NCBI RefSeq assembly: GCF_036669915.1
Contig: NC_089312.1
Coordinates: 251,991 to 315,990, forward strand
DNA: 64,000 nt
Direction of reading: 5' to 3'
DNA from: Pocillopora verrucosa
Lineage: Eukaryota
A program made the translations under genes and the position numbers. Under the pieces are notes generated by a model that did not search any database, was not told where the DNA came from, and saw only the letters and a program-made list of their open reading frames with translations. Shown here one piece after another: positions 1 through 13,607 of the stretch. Each line of letters starts with the position of its first letter. Position 1 is the stretch's first letter.

Positions 1-505
1 ACCGTGACATGTTGGGTTTAGTTTCGGATGTCGTAGTAGCAGTAGTAGTAAATTTCAATCGATTCTAGCATCTAACCAGCGGCACAGCGTAACTTCAGGG
101 CCTGAAACAAACACATTTAAGATGTTATTCTCGTTTCTCTTTGATCTCTTTCCATGTTAAAATCAGTTTTTCTCGCAAAAAATCCCAAACCCCTTGGCAA
201 AAGAAAAATTATCCTGCTTAGTACACGAACAAAATGAAATTACAAAGCGAAGCATTTCACTGCTACTAAGAAGGTACACATTTCGATCTATTAACGGAAA
301 GGCCTTTTATGTACCTACGATTTGGCGATTTCTTTAGCTGACAGCTTGGTAAATTTGGCGATGAGTTCGATGCTTAGGTGAATCGAAGAAAATCGGTTAG
401 ATATTCTTGTTGAGTGTACAAACCGGACCAGTTTGGAGGGCTTTTGTGGCCTCTAAATGCCGAATAGGGTCTGTCTGATTATAAATGTCACCTTGTAAAG
501 AACAA

Positions 506-585
506 TCTCTGCAACCAATCAGAGCGCAGCTACAGGTTAATGACTGCCCCTGATTGGCTCGTATTTCCTGCTGACGTCCACTTCT
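506..585. promoter_or_regulatory. promoter-like cluster: CCAAT box (gcaaCCAATcag ~512-520), inverted CCAAT (ctgATTGGctc ~551-558) and CRE/ATF site (cTGACGTCca ~573-581)
   Basis: Two NF-Y-type CCAAT motifs in opposite orientation ~35 bp apart plus a palindromic TGACGTCA, all read directly in the sequence. No gene is assigned; on the minus strand an ATG lies at 8-10 and runs off the window start. Confidence 0.3.
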
Positions 586-3500
586 TTGCCATCAATGAAT
601 TTACAGGCAAAGAAATATTTTATTACCAAATCAACCAACCAACTCGTGTCGCTACAACGCGGACTTTGTGAGAAATTACACTAATGAATTCAGTCTCACC
701 TCACTCCAAACACAATGTCACTTTTGACACGATTGGCTTCCTATCCCTGCATTGTTGTGGAAGATAAACAAGTAAAAGAAATTTGCAAGCCTTATTTATG
801 TCCAGTCGAGCGCTTCCTCCCTTAAAAATGGAAACAGGATTATCGATGTGTGTATTATTTTTCATATGCCAGTCGTTTATATCTCTTTCTAAACAGGAAT
901 GTTTCGTACGTAGTAGCGAATCGTACAGGCGAAGGTTACAAATCCCTCGCGGGTTTACGAAAATAGGATTCTTAATTTATTTTCCACCGAATTTTACTTT
1001 ATTTCCTCTTGGTCTAAGTAAAATAGTAAAAACAAATTGAGGTCGTTGTAGTGGTAATGAATTATACATATTCCATCTATATACACAATTCTGATACGAT
1101 ATTCGATTATTCAAATAAGCTACAACCTATTTTTTTATCCTTCTGTAGAGTTTTTCTCGTTAATGTGATTCATAGTACCTATTGTTAGCAGAACACACTC
1201 GGAGACACAACACAATTTTAGCATAACATATGAATATACTTAAAATTCACCTGGAAAACACAGTGTGAAAAGGCGGCAAGTGAAACCAATATCTTTAGCT
1301 GGCTGAATTAGATTTGTATGCCTTTTTCAGTTCAGTCTTGTCAATATGTTTGATTTGTTTGCCTCATGACGCAACATCTTTTGTTGCAATTCCGGAAAAA
1401 AATCCTTGAGTACTTAAGTAAATCTTACTGCCGAGCTGTTCTAAAAGAAAACATTTTAATACTGAAATTTGGTGGGTCAACATTGCACAGCAAAAGCATT
1501 ATACCACCGAACCAAAACAGCCCAGGGGGAATGTGGAGGTCGCAATACATCGCTTCACTAATCATAGTAAATATCTTCATCAATCGGCGAAGATCAACTC
1601 AGGCCCCGTGAGCTTAAAGGCATGACACTTTAAAAGGAAAAGCTTAGCAGTTAATTTATTCACATGTCCAGGTTTGTTGCCGTGCAATTGCAAGGAGTTT
1701 GAATTGCTAAGCAGTTCAGTAAATAACTTAGTAAATTAAGCATATCTGGGTTTTTCATCACTGTCTCCAGTAGTGGATATTTTCCAAACAACCTCATCAC
1801 AGGCACGAAATGACAACAGCTTTACAAACTGCTTACTTTTTAGTTCATTTGCACTTAAGTGAGAGTTTTCTTTGGTAAATAGCATTTCTAGCAGAGATGA
1901 AAGAGAGTGATCTCTGTTAAATGGAGAAAATAAAGCTGATTAAGGGAAACATCGCATGCATGGCAGTGAATACATACGGTGGGGAACTGAGTTTAAAAAC
2001 TTCCTCCCTGTGAAAAGAAACCAATTAGAGAAAAACATTTTTGCATGAAATGAGGTTCTATGATGAGAAAAAATACAACTTCATTGTCTCTGTTCAAATG
2101 TATACCAATGTTAGGTCGAATATTTGTAAAAGCACGGTAAAAAAACAGCGGAAGCCACCATCAGGGTGTAATCTTGCACGCTAATTCACACTGAAAAATT
2201 GTCTTATTTCAAAGGGATTTCAGATAGAACTCCGTTGGTGATTCGAAACGCGCGCACTTTTTATATCTTTACAGGATACTTAACTCCAGCACCTGCCTTG
2301 GATATCACCGAGTGACAGCGACTAAACAAGCTTTATTCTTTCACCTTTTCAGCACGTCCTAGAACTTTTACAAATCTTGCCTAAATCCCGTTGTAAAAAC
2401 ATTTCGAAACTCGTTCATCATAGGTTCAGTCATCTGAAAAATGTAAGTTTCCATCTTAAGATACATTTGATGTTAGTTTTGAATGAAGCTATTCCGTAGA
2501 TCCAAAAGGGAAACACTTCTGCCACCAGAATACGGCAGGGAAAGTTTTGAAACCAATGTTAGTAATAAGTATAATCGCAGGCCTATCGTTCACCTTGTAT
2601 TCCTAGGCTGCAAAGGCAAATTTTCTGAAATACAAAATGAAGTGTCTTAAACTCGCCCATTCACGCTATGAGTCTATGCTCTGTGTGTAGTAAGATAGTA
2701 TCTTCTTCACTCCGGACTGACTCAAAGATTCTAATCTCCATTTAAATATATAGTTATCACATAAATGCTCAAATCATGAAATGGAAAGTGAATAATATTA
2801 TAAATAATTCCACCTAGCTGGGAGCTTAGAGTGCCTCATTCTGCATCCCTGTTAACGGTAAATACTCTAAAATTAAACCAGATTTAAACCGGCCTGCTTT
2901 TCTCTGACCTGCTCGTAACGGCTTAAGAAAAATAATACGACCAGATATCTAAGAAATGTTGAAATACTTTCCTCGGGGAAATGGAATATAGATATTGTTT
3001 TTCTCGTCCTTTAAGTCAACCGGCTCGAATCTTTTCCGTGTTCGAAGCCTTTTCTTCTTCATGTGATTTAAAACTTTACAGTTACCTTCTCCAGACAAAT
3101 CTACACATTTCCAACCGCAATCTTTTCGGAAAACAGCATTCTTGTATCGGAGATCAATACAGTCGCCGAATACTATAAAGATCTTAAAAGCCGGCTTCGT
3201 TTCCAAATTTGTTCGCACACCATTAACATTTCATGCTGTCTCGAGAAGAACACTTCAGCTCACCTTGAATGTAGATTAATAATATGCAAACCCATATCAT
3301 GATTTGTACTTTTTTTTCTCTTTGAGGCAAATGTTGAAATAAATTATTTGAAAAAACGCGATCAAAACCTCCCAACGAATTTGTCGTGTTCTCAAGTGTT
3401 ATCACGTTTATTTTCACACAATATCACGCTTATTTGAGTTACTAGCACATGGTCAATTCTCATGCTAGAAGCTACTTCATTTACATGAAATGTTCAGTGC

Positions 3501-5050
3501 CGTATTCTGCCTAAGGACTGAGTTGAAATGGATAACGAAGAATGAAGCTGAATGATTTGAAAATAAGACTTGAGTCTGTCCTTCGATAAATTGCATCCTT
3601 TCGTTATTTGCTAATATGGAAATCATTTAATGAAAATATTGTTCACCTTATAAACTAAACTAATTTCGATGAGGAATAAAAATACAACAATTACTTCAAT
3701 AAATACCGTGACTGGAAATCTCTAGATCATATTAAAGCAATTTTTTTTCTAAATCGCAAATTCAATCAGACACTTACCGAACCTTTACGACAAAACTGAC
3801 CGATCACTCGGCAATTTCAAGTAACGTCAACTGGGCGAGAGAGAAATCCAAGCCGGCTATCTGTCTCAACTGATAACCAATTTACGCGTTTACTCCGCCT
3901 TTAATTTCGGAAGAAGAAGACTCACAAAGGTGACAATTCGTGACAAGCTTAAGTTCATTCATAAAGATATTTTCCCACCCGCGAGAGACGTCAATTTGTT
4001 GCCAGCTTGTCAAAGGAGAATTTTAACTTAGTTAAAACTCCTTAAAGGATGTTCTTTAAAATAAATTAATTTTGCTTCCAGATATAATAAAAAGCTCTCT
4101 GTAACATTTTATTAGTGTTGTGCCAATAATTTTAAGCTAAATTTCACAATGTGCGTTTCCTTTTGTGTTTCAAGGTGTGTTCAAATCCCATCGATCTATG
4201 ATTGGCTTGTCCGAGACGCGTGCGGAGAGAATTTCCATTCAGTAAGCGGTGTGAAGTGTGATAAGAGATTCAACAATTTCGTATCGATTCTCCGCGAACG
4301 AATTATCATTTGCACATTTCATTGCCTTCATGCATGAGTGGGAAATATAATATGTGGTAAAAGAGTTTGATTTCCATATCTAAAAACGCGATGGTTTTTA
4401 CAAAGAGAATATATTTTTGAAGTGGTTTTAAATAAAGATAATTTATGGAACAAAAGAAGTTGATTCCAAGCCTCACGAAATACACTTTTATCCAACAAAT
4501 TAATGATGAAATTGTTACAACTCAGTAATATTTTTCCTGGATATTCTGCATTGTTTTGTGTTTCAAGTTGTTTTACATTTTACACTGAGTGATATCAATT
4601 TAGCTGATGTTTGAACATTATACGATTAACTAAAGAAGCCACTCGCCGTTAATTACGTAAATAGCGCTCTTGGGTCACGAACGACTCGGTATCTTGCATT
4701 TTATCTTTATTATCAGGCTGAAAAGTTTGGTTTGATATCTTGTAATGCTCTCTAATCAGAAGGGGTTTTAAGTTTGGTTTCAGAGGTCACGAAACTTTCA
4801 CTGTTCCTGTACTCGAAGTTTTAGTTACTTGAAGAAGGATACCATGAAATATCGTGATAAAATAAGGTCAACTTCTACAACTTAAAGTGAGCTAATAATT
4901 GATTTCAATTCAACAAGCTTCAAAAACACGAAGAATATCAACCTTTTAGGCTACATATATAACGACTTGAATTAATCCATAACCCAAGCAAAATGTTAAT
5001 TACTTTGCTCCTACCCTGAAAGCTTATTCAAAATTACACAGAGTCATACT

Positions 5051-5428
5051 TCAGGTGCACGTTCTATAGGTCACGAACCAAGCACCCGAAAGTACCCGTA
5101 ACTGTTGCCTTGACAGATGAACCAAGGATTGATTAGAGTTCCAATTTGTAAGAATGCTCAAAAGTATTGCACAAGCATTCTTCCGTTTTCCTTTCATGGA
5201 CTCAGAAATGAAGCCAAACGGTTTTTGTTTACGTTTCCAATATTGTTTAGCAATCACAAGATACTCCGTCAATATATTGGTGCCTGCATGACCGGAGCCA
5301 GTCAGCCGTCTGCGCAAGGCATTATCCTGCCACACAATTCGACGAGGGCAGGAAATCTCTCTCAGGATATCTATCACTCCCGCACTGTATCGTGAAGATC
5401 TCCAAAATCCTAAGGACTTGTAGCACAA
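5051..5428 (-). pseudogene. possible degraded DDE-transposase remnant (Tc1/mariner-like 'WQDNA' motif), very tentative
   Basis: The 125-aa ORF contains ...PRRIVWQDNALRRR..., reminiscent of the third catalytic-aspartate block (FQQDNAPxH) of Tc1/mariner DDE_3 transposases. No flanking TIRs were found and the remaining sequence does not align. Confidence 0.15.
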
Positions 5429-8400
5429 GTTTTGATATATTTAATTCTCTTCTTCTGCTGGCAATACAAAACTTTAGCTGTCAATTTATCCGTCTAGAAA
5501 GTAATATTTTCTCATTCCAAGAGCTGGGTGTGCTCACGTTTGTCAAAGTTTCATTTAAACTAGCATTTTTCTGAGACGGTAATTAGTCGCAATAAGGGCG
5601 AACGGGAAACAGAATAATTAATTTGGGGTTAAAACACAACAAACCTCGATATTTCTCGAAGGGTTAAAAAAAAATCCACTAAGAGAGCTTCCTGGGCTAG
5701 AGCACTTCTTATACCATTTCGATCTTCGGTTTTTTTTTTTTTGAGAATTAAGCCATACACAGGAGAGCTTGTTTTCTTTCTGCGCTGACCGATATCAAAC
5801 AGGAGCCGCATATCTTACGTCGTTCTCTTGATGAAAAGCCCTTGTTTTGCAGGGCCGGATATTCAGTACTTATAAAAGGAAATACATTCAAATTTATAAG
5901 ACTTGCCTTTCGCTTTTCCGTTCTCTAACAGTGAGGTTGAGACTGAAATTTTCGGTCCCTTAAACGGAGTCCCGCCAACTCAATTCAAATGGTACGGTAT
6001 GCCTTTTGTAAAAGAAACAACAATGAAGGGGAAGGCGAGAGATATTTAAAGAGATGCTAAAATCCAACCGATAACTATTAAATTTGCCATGGAGGCAACA
6101 ATTTTCATTTTCATCTGTTTATGCAATTAGGGGTGAAAAGGCTGCATTTATTTTCCCTTTCAACACAATAACACAGGAAGCAACGAATTTGGCCAGCTTC
6201 CCACTTCTCATCATCAGAGTTTAAGATAAGCACACACGGAGGTATTCTTTTTTTCATTTTATCGATCACGAAGGCGGGTACGAAATGTTTATAAAATTCT
6301 CTAAATCGCCTTAAGGGTTGACATGGATTAAGAACGATTGATATGTGTTTGAATAAACTCCCTTTCACAGTTGAGAACTCTTATAATTGTTATTTGGGTC
6401 CTTCCAGTCCACGTGGAATTAACAGAGCACGTCTATCCAATAAAATCCCACATCAATAAGTTTTGTATCACATGCAATGTGATGACAAAAGAATGGTTAT
6501 TACAAGAACATTTATATCATGCATTGATAACAAAAAAGATTGGCTTCTTTTTGTGGAGAGAGCGAAAGAAAAAAAAACGTGCCTTGCCACATGTGTATTG
6601 TACAAAGGTAAAACGCTGAGTTAAAGAATAACTAGAAAGAGTACATGGGGAAAATCATGCTAATTTCTTGGAAAACGGAATACTGACTTGTCAGGTTCAG
6701 AAAACAAAGACAGGGGAAAAAGAAAAAAAAATTGCTATTTTCTTAACTGAATTACGGTGTATTATTTAATGTGTTTTCACTGGATGAATTTCAGTATTTC
6801 GTTGTAATTTTACATGGAATAATTACGAAATCAGAGCCAAACTGCGGACGTGTTTGCGGTTTAGTAAAACTGAAGCCATGACGCGGACGTCATTAACTCC
6901 CTTGCGAAATAAATATTAGCGGGAAAAACCCAAATTGAACTTGTTTCAAGGCGTGTAAATCAGGTCATGAAAGATTTCTAATGAGGTCAGGATGAAGATT
7001 CTTGTTGAGTGATAGCTTTCAACAACACTTGATTCGGATGTTCATTTTCTCTCTTCTTTTTCGTGTAAATGTGAACTGGAAATTATTTGAAATAAGGAAA
7101 CACCTTTGATCTCCGAGGTCACGTAACCACCAAGTAACCAATTTTGATTAAATTTCTACTTCTTCTTGCAAGATTTTGAAATTCACCCGGCCGCAAATAT
7201 TGAGCGACATCGCTTGCCAAATTTTTTTGCACTTAAAAAAATTGATTCAGAGGTCGTCTTAATCTCGCGTTGAAAAATAAATGTTTATCAAATTTTCTCA
7301 AATTTAGTAGACCACAAAATATTTCTAAGTATAAATAACTCGTAAAATGTCTTCATTTAAAATCAGGGTATTTGATTTAACTATCGAAACTAGAAATGCA
7401 TCAAAATTGAACTCAAATTTGGGGTTTCCTTGAAAATAGAATTTGTTTCTTCAGCAAGGCTTCAATTGCCACTTTGCTGCATCGTCAATAAATGAATTTG
7501 ATTAGCAAGCTGTCAAATGACAGCTTTATAGGAACGATCTTAATGTCTTATGAGCAGATTTGAAGGTCATCCATTTGACTGAAACGTGCTTTGAATACAA
7601 ATTAAATCACGCTGGCTATAAAAACTGACCTGAATGTACCGTGATGCCCGCAGCTTCCAAGCAATAAATGACCTTTCACCAAAACCCCTTGCTGAATCAC
7701 TTTTAAAATGACGAAAATTTTCACATTGTTCAGTCGACCTCAGTGCGTCGCTTAAGCTCTCTCAGTTTCAAATCAGTCCATTAATACAAGCCGCACTATT
7801 TTGCGAAAAGCTTACAGCAAATATATTGCAATGTATCCTTGGCAATAGGTCACAAAACATAGAATAATTGTTTACTGTGACTTAAATATATTCAAACAAA
7901 ACGCTAGTAAAAAAAAAATAATAATAATAAAAAAAATAAAAACAATCTCACTGAAATATAGCGCCGATTAGAATCTTTTGTATCTTGAGACTGAAGAGAT
8001 TTTTAATAAGAAAATTTGATTTGTGTCAAAAGCAATCAGATCGGACAATTGTTACTACGGGTAAAATTTCTATCCGCATGAAATGACAGCAGGCGAAGTA
8101 ACACTTGTGAGCAGGTTAAGACAGGGATTCATAAAAAATTGTTTTTCTCACAATCCTTTTTGTTAACTGGTAAACATTTATACTCCAACATGTCAAAGTT
8201 AACCGAGAAAATTAACCGCCCAAATTAATGATCGAAACCCGCACCATGCAATATTCATGCTGGAATTTGAGGATCTTAACATGAACAGTTATTGAATATG
8301 CAAAGTTTGCCCGTAATATTGCAGGTTTATCAGGATTCTCGTAGAAGCTTTTGTTTGGAAACCATTCCTTTCTGGAAAAAATATATTGGTTCATGTAGCA

Positions 8401-11400
8401 TGCAGGGTCTGGGAACGTGCAGTGCGAGTCCTCGTGGACCTTGAGAGGATATAACGCCAACATCACCGATCGATGATTCGAAAGGAAATTTTGTGAATTT
8501 AAGAGGTCCTACACTTAAAAAAAACTGTGATGCACCTTCCCTCTTACTTTTACACCCGCGGCATCTTTCACTTAGCAAGCTGTAATAAATCAGTTAGTTT
8601 CATAAGAGTCCAAAAATGTTGTCTTCGATCTCTTCTAATGACCCCAAGAAGTTCATAATTTTTAATCTTTCAAGCCTTTAAAAGACTTTGAAAAGTTTTA
8701 CCAGGGTATAAATAATTCCACAACTTTTGAACTATTTTCAGTTCATAATTCTGGTAAGGATTGCGAGATAGCACTGAAAAATGACAGAAGATCAGGTTTC
8801 TATCAGTTTACAATCCTCGTGTTCAATATTAACTGCAATTAGATCAAATGCAAAAACTGTTGAGCCTGAAAAGGGAATAATTAACGCCAAACTGGGCACT
8901 AAAGTATTTATTCAACTCCATATAACGTTTTATCTGCTCATATGTTTCCCCATGAACTGAGTTACTACTGATAGTAATTACTGATAGCTGATGTTTCGTT
9001 GAAAGAAAACTGACTGGGAACCAGATTGTGGCTTAGTAAAGAATGGTCTGCATTTCCTCTGTGATCAATAAAATTACCCTCTTCCGCTAAAAGCCCTTAC
9101 CTACAGAACTTATTCCCTAAATTTTTTAGCCATAACTCTTGAATTTCCAGCCTTGTTAAATGAAGCCTGCATAATCCGCTTTACTTAATGATCACTGAAG
9201 CTTTGACGAAATTATTCTTCGACGGTAGAAGTTTTAAAATAAGCGCATCTCACGTTTGTCAGATTTTAATCAAGCACGCAGGTTACGTAGTGCATGATTA
9301 AAACAATAACTTGATAAACAACCAAATGAAAATGAAAATGATGAGTCAGCAATTTCAGTTTCATTTTCTCGGGAATCCTTGTTACTATCACGCGGACTCT
9401 TGGAATAACAGCAAGTCGCATGACAATGCTGATGTAACGTTTAACTAAAAAATCGTAGTTTTATCATATTCTAAACACCACTACATAAATCTCCATGCTC
9501 CTCAAGACTCAGTTTGCACATTTTCTATTCAAGCTTCAATTCTCACTACTGCATGTTTAGTACTAAAATATGTAAATTCTCTCCATCAAGTTCTCAATTT
9601 TGCCACTGACTGACGTTTTCACTCGTTAGCTCTACTAAGACGGAACGCAGCGAATTCAAACATGTCTAAGATGAGATCAGACTTATCGGACCGCAATATC
9701 AAGCAGTGCTGCTGATCTGAACAGGCGCTCTTAGCCTATGTCAGCTACTGAATGCAGGTAGTAAAAGTCCAATGGACCTAGCATATTTGTTCGGAAAAAA
9801 TAATTATCGTAGCTACTGACCGTGAAAATAAAAAAATTGTCTGAGTTGTTGTCGATGAAAACAAAATATTGTTGTACAACTTTTAGATTTAAAATCCGGA
9901 TCATGTGTGACTGAGATTAGCGGACGACCTTTGGTTTTCGAGAAGGATTCAATTGTTCAGTTCATCACACAAACAGATATCCGTAGCAGTACGGAAGAGA
10001 GAACGTGACTGTATGTAACGTTTACATCATTTTTCATCGTTAAGATCTCTTTCACAAAACTTTTATTTCTTCCCTCGTTTTATCTAACGTCGACAATTAT
10101 GTTTATACTCTTTTGTTTGGATACTTGTCATATTTCAGAACATAAGTGAATAAAGACACTCGGATCCCAAGTTCTAGTAAATTCCGGTTTCTGTACCTTT
10201 GCAACTTAACGGTGAACATCATTGAAATACGAACATCGGTCTTAATTCTGTCAGTACTGATGCCAATTCTTAAACCACAACTTACCCAAATAATGCCAGC
10301 CAGTTTGAAAATTGTTGTCTGAGTTGTTTAAAGGACGCTTTCTTTTTGTATCCAAATCGTCGACAGTCTGCACCGGTGATTTCAACGAAGTCAACAAGGA
10401 ACTTTGACCTAATTCAGTTGTTAATGAAACATGACCGCCGCCCAAAGCGATATTGAATTTTCCGCGAGATGAGTGAGTGGGAGGCGAGCTGAACATTAAA
10501 CGGAAATGTGAAAAAAACAAATATATCTTTGCCATTTTTCTATGAGTCTTGATTGTTAACTACTGACTGATAAACCGTCTGTTAATTATTATCCATTTTA
10601 GGTTATGGCTTTTAGCTAGCCGAGTACGACATGATGTTCGACATTATGATGCCCCCACAAGCTGGCACTTTACTTCAACACTGAGGCGATATATTGAGGC
10701 ACTTATATAAATAGCACGCTTTTTGCCGCAATTTTCAATTTCTAGAAACACGCATACAGGACTAGCACTCCTCAGGGGAATACTCTCAAAAAATTCGGGG
10801 GGGGGGTTAAGTAGAACGTCCGTCATGAATATTGAAACTCTTACCTTTTCTCAAAAAAAAAGATAATTTTCTCATGGTTTTTTAAACCAGTTGTATAAAT
10901 AATATAAAAATAGGCACAATTTTACCTAAAAAATAAAAAAATAACAGATCCAAGAACCAAGTTACGATGAGTATACAAAACTTTTCCCGATCTAAGACTC
11001 AAATAGTCAGATCTGACCCAAGTTAAAACCAGGAGTCTGTCAAAAGACACAAAACTTTGCGTCCTAACATTTACAAAAGTGAGTACGCCCCGAAGGTGAA
11101 AGAAAATTGAACAAAAAATTATAATAATAATAACACAACCTAACCTGATTCCATCATAAGCTGTGGCGATAACTCGTCGCACAAATTACAAATTTCACGT
11201 GATCATGACGAGCACTTCACTTTTTTTCCATTTGACATTTTAAACTGTCTTCACTAGCACTACCCTATTTTTTTCAAAATGCCCACCGAAAAAAATATAA
11301 TTACCTGAGCAAATTTATCACTTCTTTATTTTTACACATCCCTGAATATCAAACAAACTTAAAGATAAACCTAAGAACGGATCATCGTTGGTCCATATCA

Positions 11401-11534
11401 CCAGTTTCTTTCGCAACTCACTGACCTTTCAAAAATCTCCACATCAACATCACGGATTGTTCATCGCAGTTGTTTACGTTAAGAGGCCGAAAAGAAACAA
11501 GCAGTTGGTTTTGCAAACGGCCAGTTCGGTAACG

Positions 11535-11698
11535 TTTTAGGTCGTCCAAGTTCGCTAACTTCTTACGCTCAAGTATCTACCAATCAATTCGTTTTACCTT
11601 CGACGCATTCATCCCGCCGGTAATGTTCGAACGCCATTTTGTTTCCCAGAACTCCAAGCAGTAGGTTGGCCGTAAACCGGAAGTTAGCGGTACGACCT
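11535..11698. repeat. GC-rich imperfect inverted repeat / long hairpin (arms ~11535-11567 and ~11651-11684)
   Basis: The left arm tttTAGGTCGTccaagttCGCTAACTTCttACG and the reverse complement of the right arm (ccTTAGGTCGTaccGCTAACTTCcggttTACG) share TAGGTCGT..CGCTAACTTC..TACG. This is a locally GC-rich island in an AT-rich region. Confidence 0.4.
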
Positions 11699-13607
11699 AA
11701 GGTGTTGGCGAACCGGTCGTTAGCGAAGACCACTAAGGGTTACCAGCACATTGCACTCAGTATGGATGATTAAATTAAAAGGTTTAGCTTTTCTATTTAT
11801 TTCCCTTCCTTCTCCTGCCTCACGAAATAAATTAAAGTTGACTTATTCTTTCTGTCACTTTTCTTTTTTTCATATTAAAACATCTGACAGCCATCTCTGT
11901 TTAACACAGGCAATAACACGAAACACCATTCGTCATTTAATTAAAATTCATAAGCTCTGAGGAGCGTAAGAGAAAAAAAAGTTATACCTATTGAGACCTG
12001 AGGAAACACAAATGGATATTGTGTAACGTGGTTTCCCCGATAAAATAATGGAACTCTTGTTAATCGGAGCGGAGAAATGTATGATTAATAAACGTAAGAC
12101 TGGAGGGTGTGTTGAACAGAATAGGTGAAAAAACAGAAATCTGCTTCTTGCTGGATCTCACACTATATCACCCGGAAATATTAAAGAATCATAATCAAGA
12201 AGACATACTTTTTATAAAACTGCTGATTATAAGTTTGTCCTTCAGGTTTACTTACTCTTTCCTCAAAAAATATAATGAATAAAAGCTTGTCAACATGTCA
12301 CTTCGGCGACAAAAGGAGGAAAAGGAACAAATGACAAAAAAAATGACCTTAGAATGAAAAATATAACATGGAGTATAGAGAGACATGAACAATTCAATGC
12401 CAATACTCACCTCTGTTCTCTACAACTGTTCAACCTTGCTCCACGAAAGGTTCTCTAATACCGAAACTAAACTGATGTCATTAATTTTCCCAAGTTAAAA
12501 TTCATCACCGAGTTTATATATTAATATGTCAATAAAGAACCACGCAGATGGTAGATATATCATGTTGCTTATGCAAACCCATTCCGAATGAATGTCACTC
12601 TGTCAAGTATCTGTGACAGGTCTTTATGTTTTGTGTTGGCTTGGCGGATAACTCACCTTTCTAATCGAATCAATATTATTTTGAGAAGCAACGACTTGAC
12701 ACATCAAATATTTAGACAAGTTATGTTTAGTAAACGTCTTTGGTTATTACGGTTCCTAACAATTGGGCAAAAATACGCCGAAGAAACAATTCGCCTGAAG
12801 TCATTTCGGCAATTTTCTCTGAAGACAGCTACCCGTTTTAGTTGTGAATGGTAATAACGTTATTACCCACATTGAAGGCATCAGCACATTCTGGAAATTG
12901 ACAGCGTTATTTCGCACGTTTTGCGGTCTTGGCTTGCAAAGTTTTCTCCGATCATTGTAAATCACCTTATTTTCGTCTAAATTTCGGCATAACTAAATTT
13001 TATAAGGTTTGATTATGTAAGCCACTAATAAAAGTATGTGGATCTCTTAAGTTGTACAGAAACTGTATTCATCGACACGGTGTCTGAAATGGGATCTTCT
13101 GGTGAAATATCGAATGCAAATTGCAGATGATATTGCACGGGCCCCTTAGCAGTTGTCAGGTTCAGATGGCACCATACATCAAAGTTTAGCTTCAGTATCA
13201 TCTTTCATTTCAAAAATTACAATTTCTTCTTCTTGTAAGACGAACGAAGCGAAACAACAACTTGACGGTGTCTTGCTCAGTTCATAATATTTTCCATGCG
13301 CAATTGACTCGCCAAACCATCTAGCGCGCGATTTTCGTCTCATCTTTGTGATTTTAACATTAATATGCAAAGTAAACCCTCTTGGCCAGGTGTGGAGGAT
13401 AAAATTGTGCCTGAAATCGACTTTATCTTTTCCTTTTTCTTTCCTTTTTGCGATAAACTCTAACAGTTTTTGACTACAAAATAAAATCGGCAGATTCTTT
13501 TAATTTTTTCCAAAGTGTCAAAAGACTTCTGAGTAAGAATTTAAAAAAAAATTTCGAAAAAAAAATTTGTAGCACAATGTTACGATGATAAAACTTATAT
13601 ATGAACG

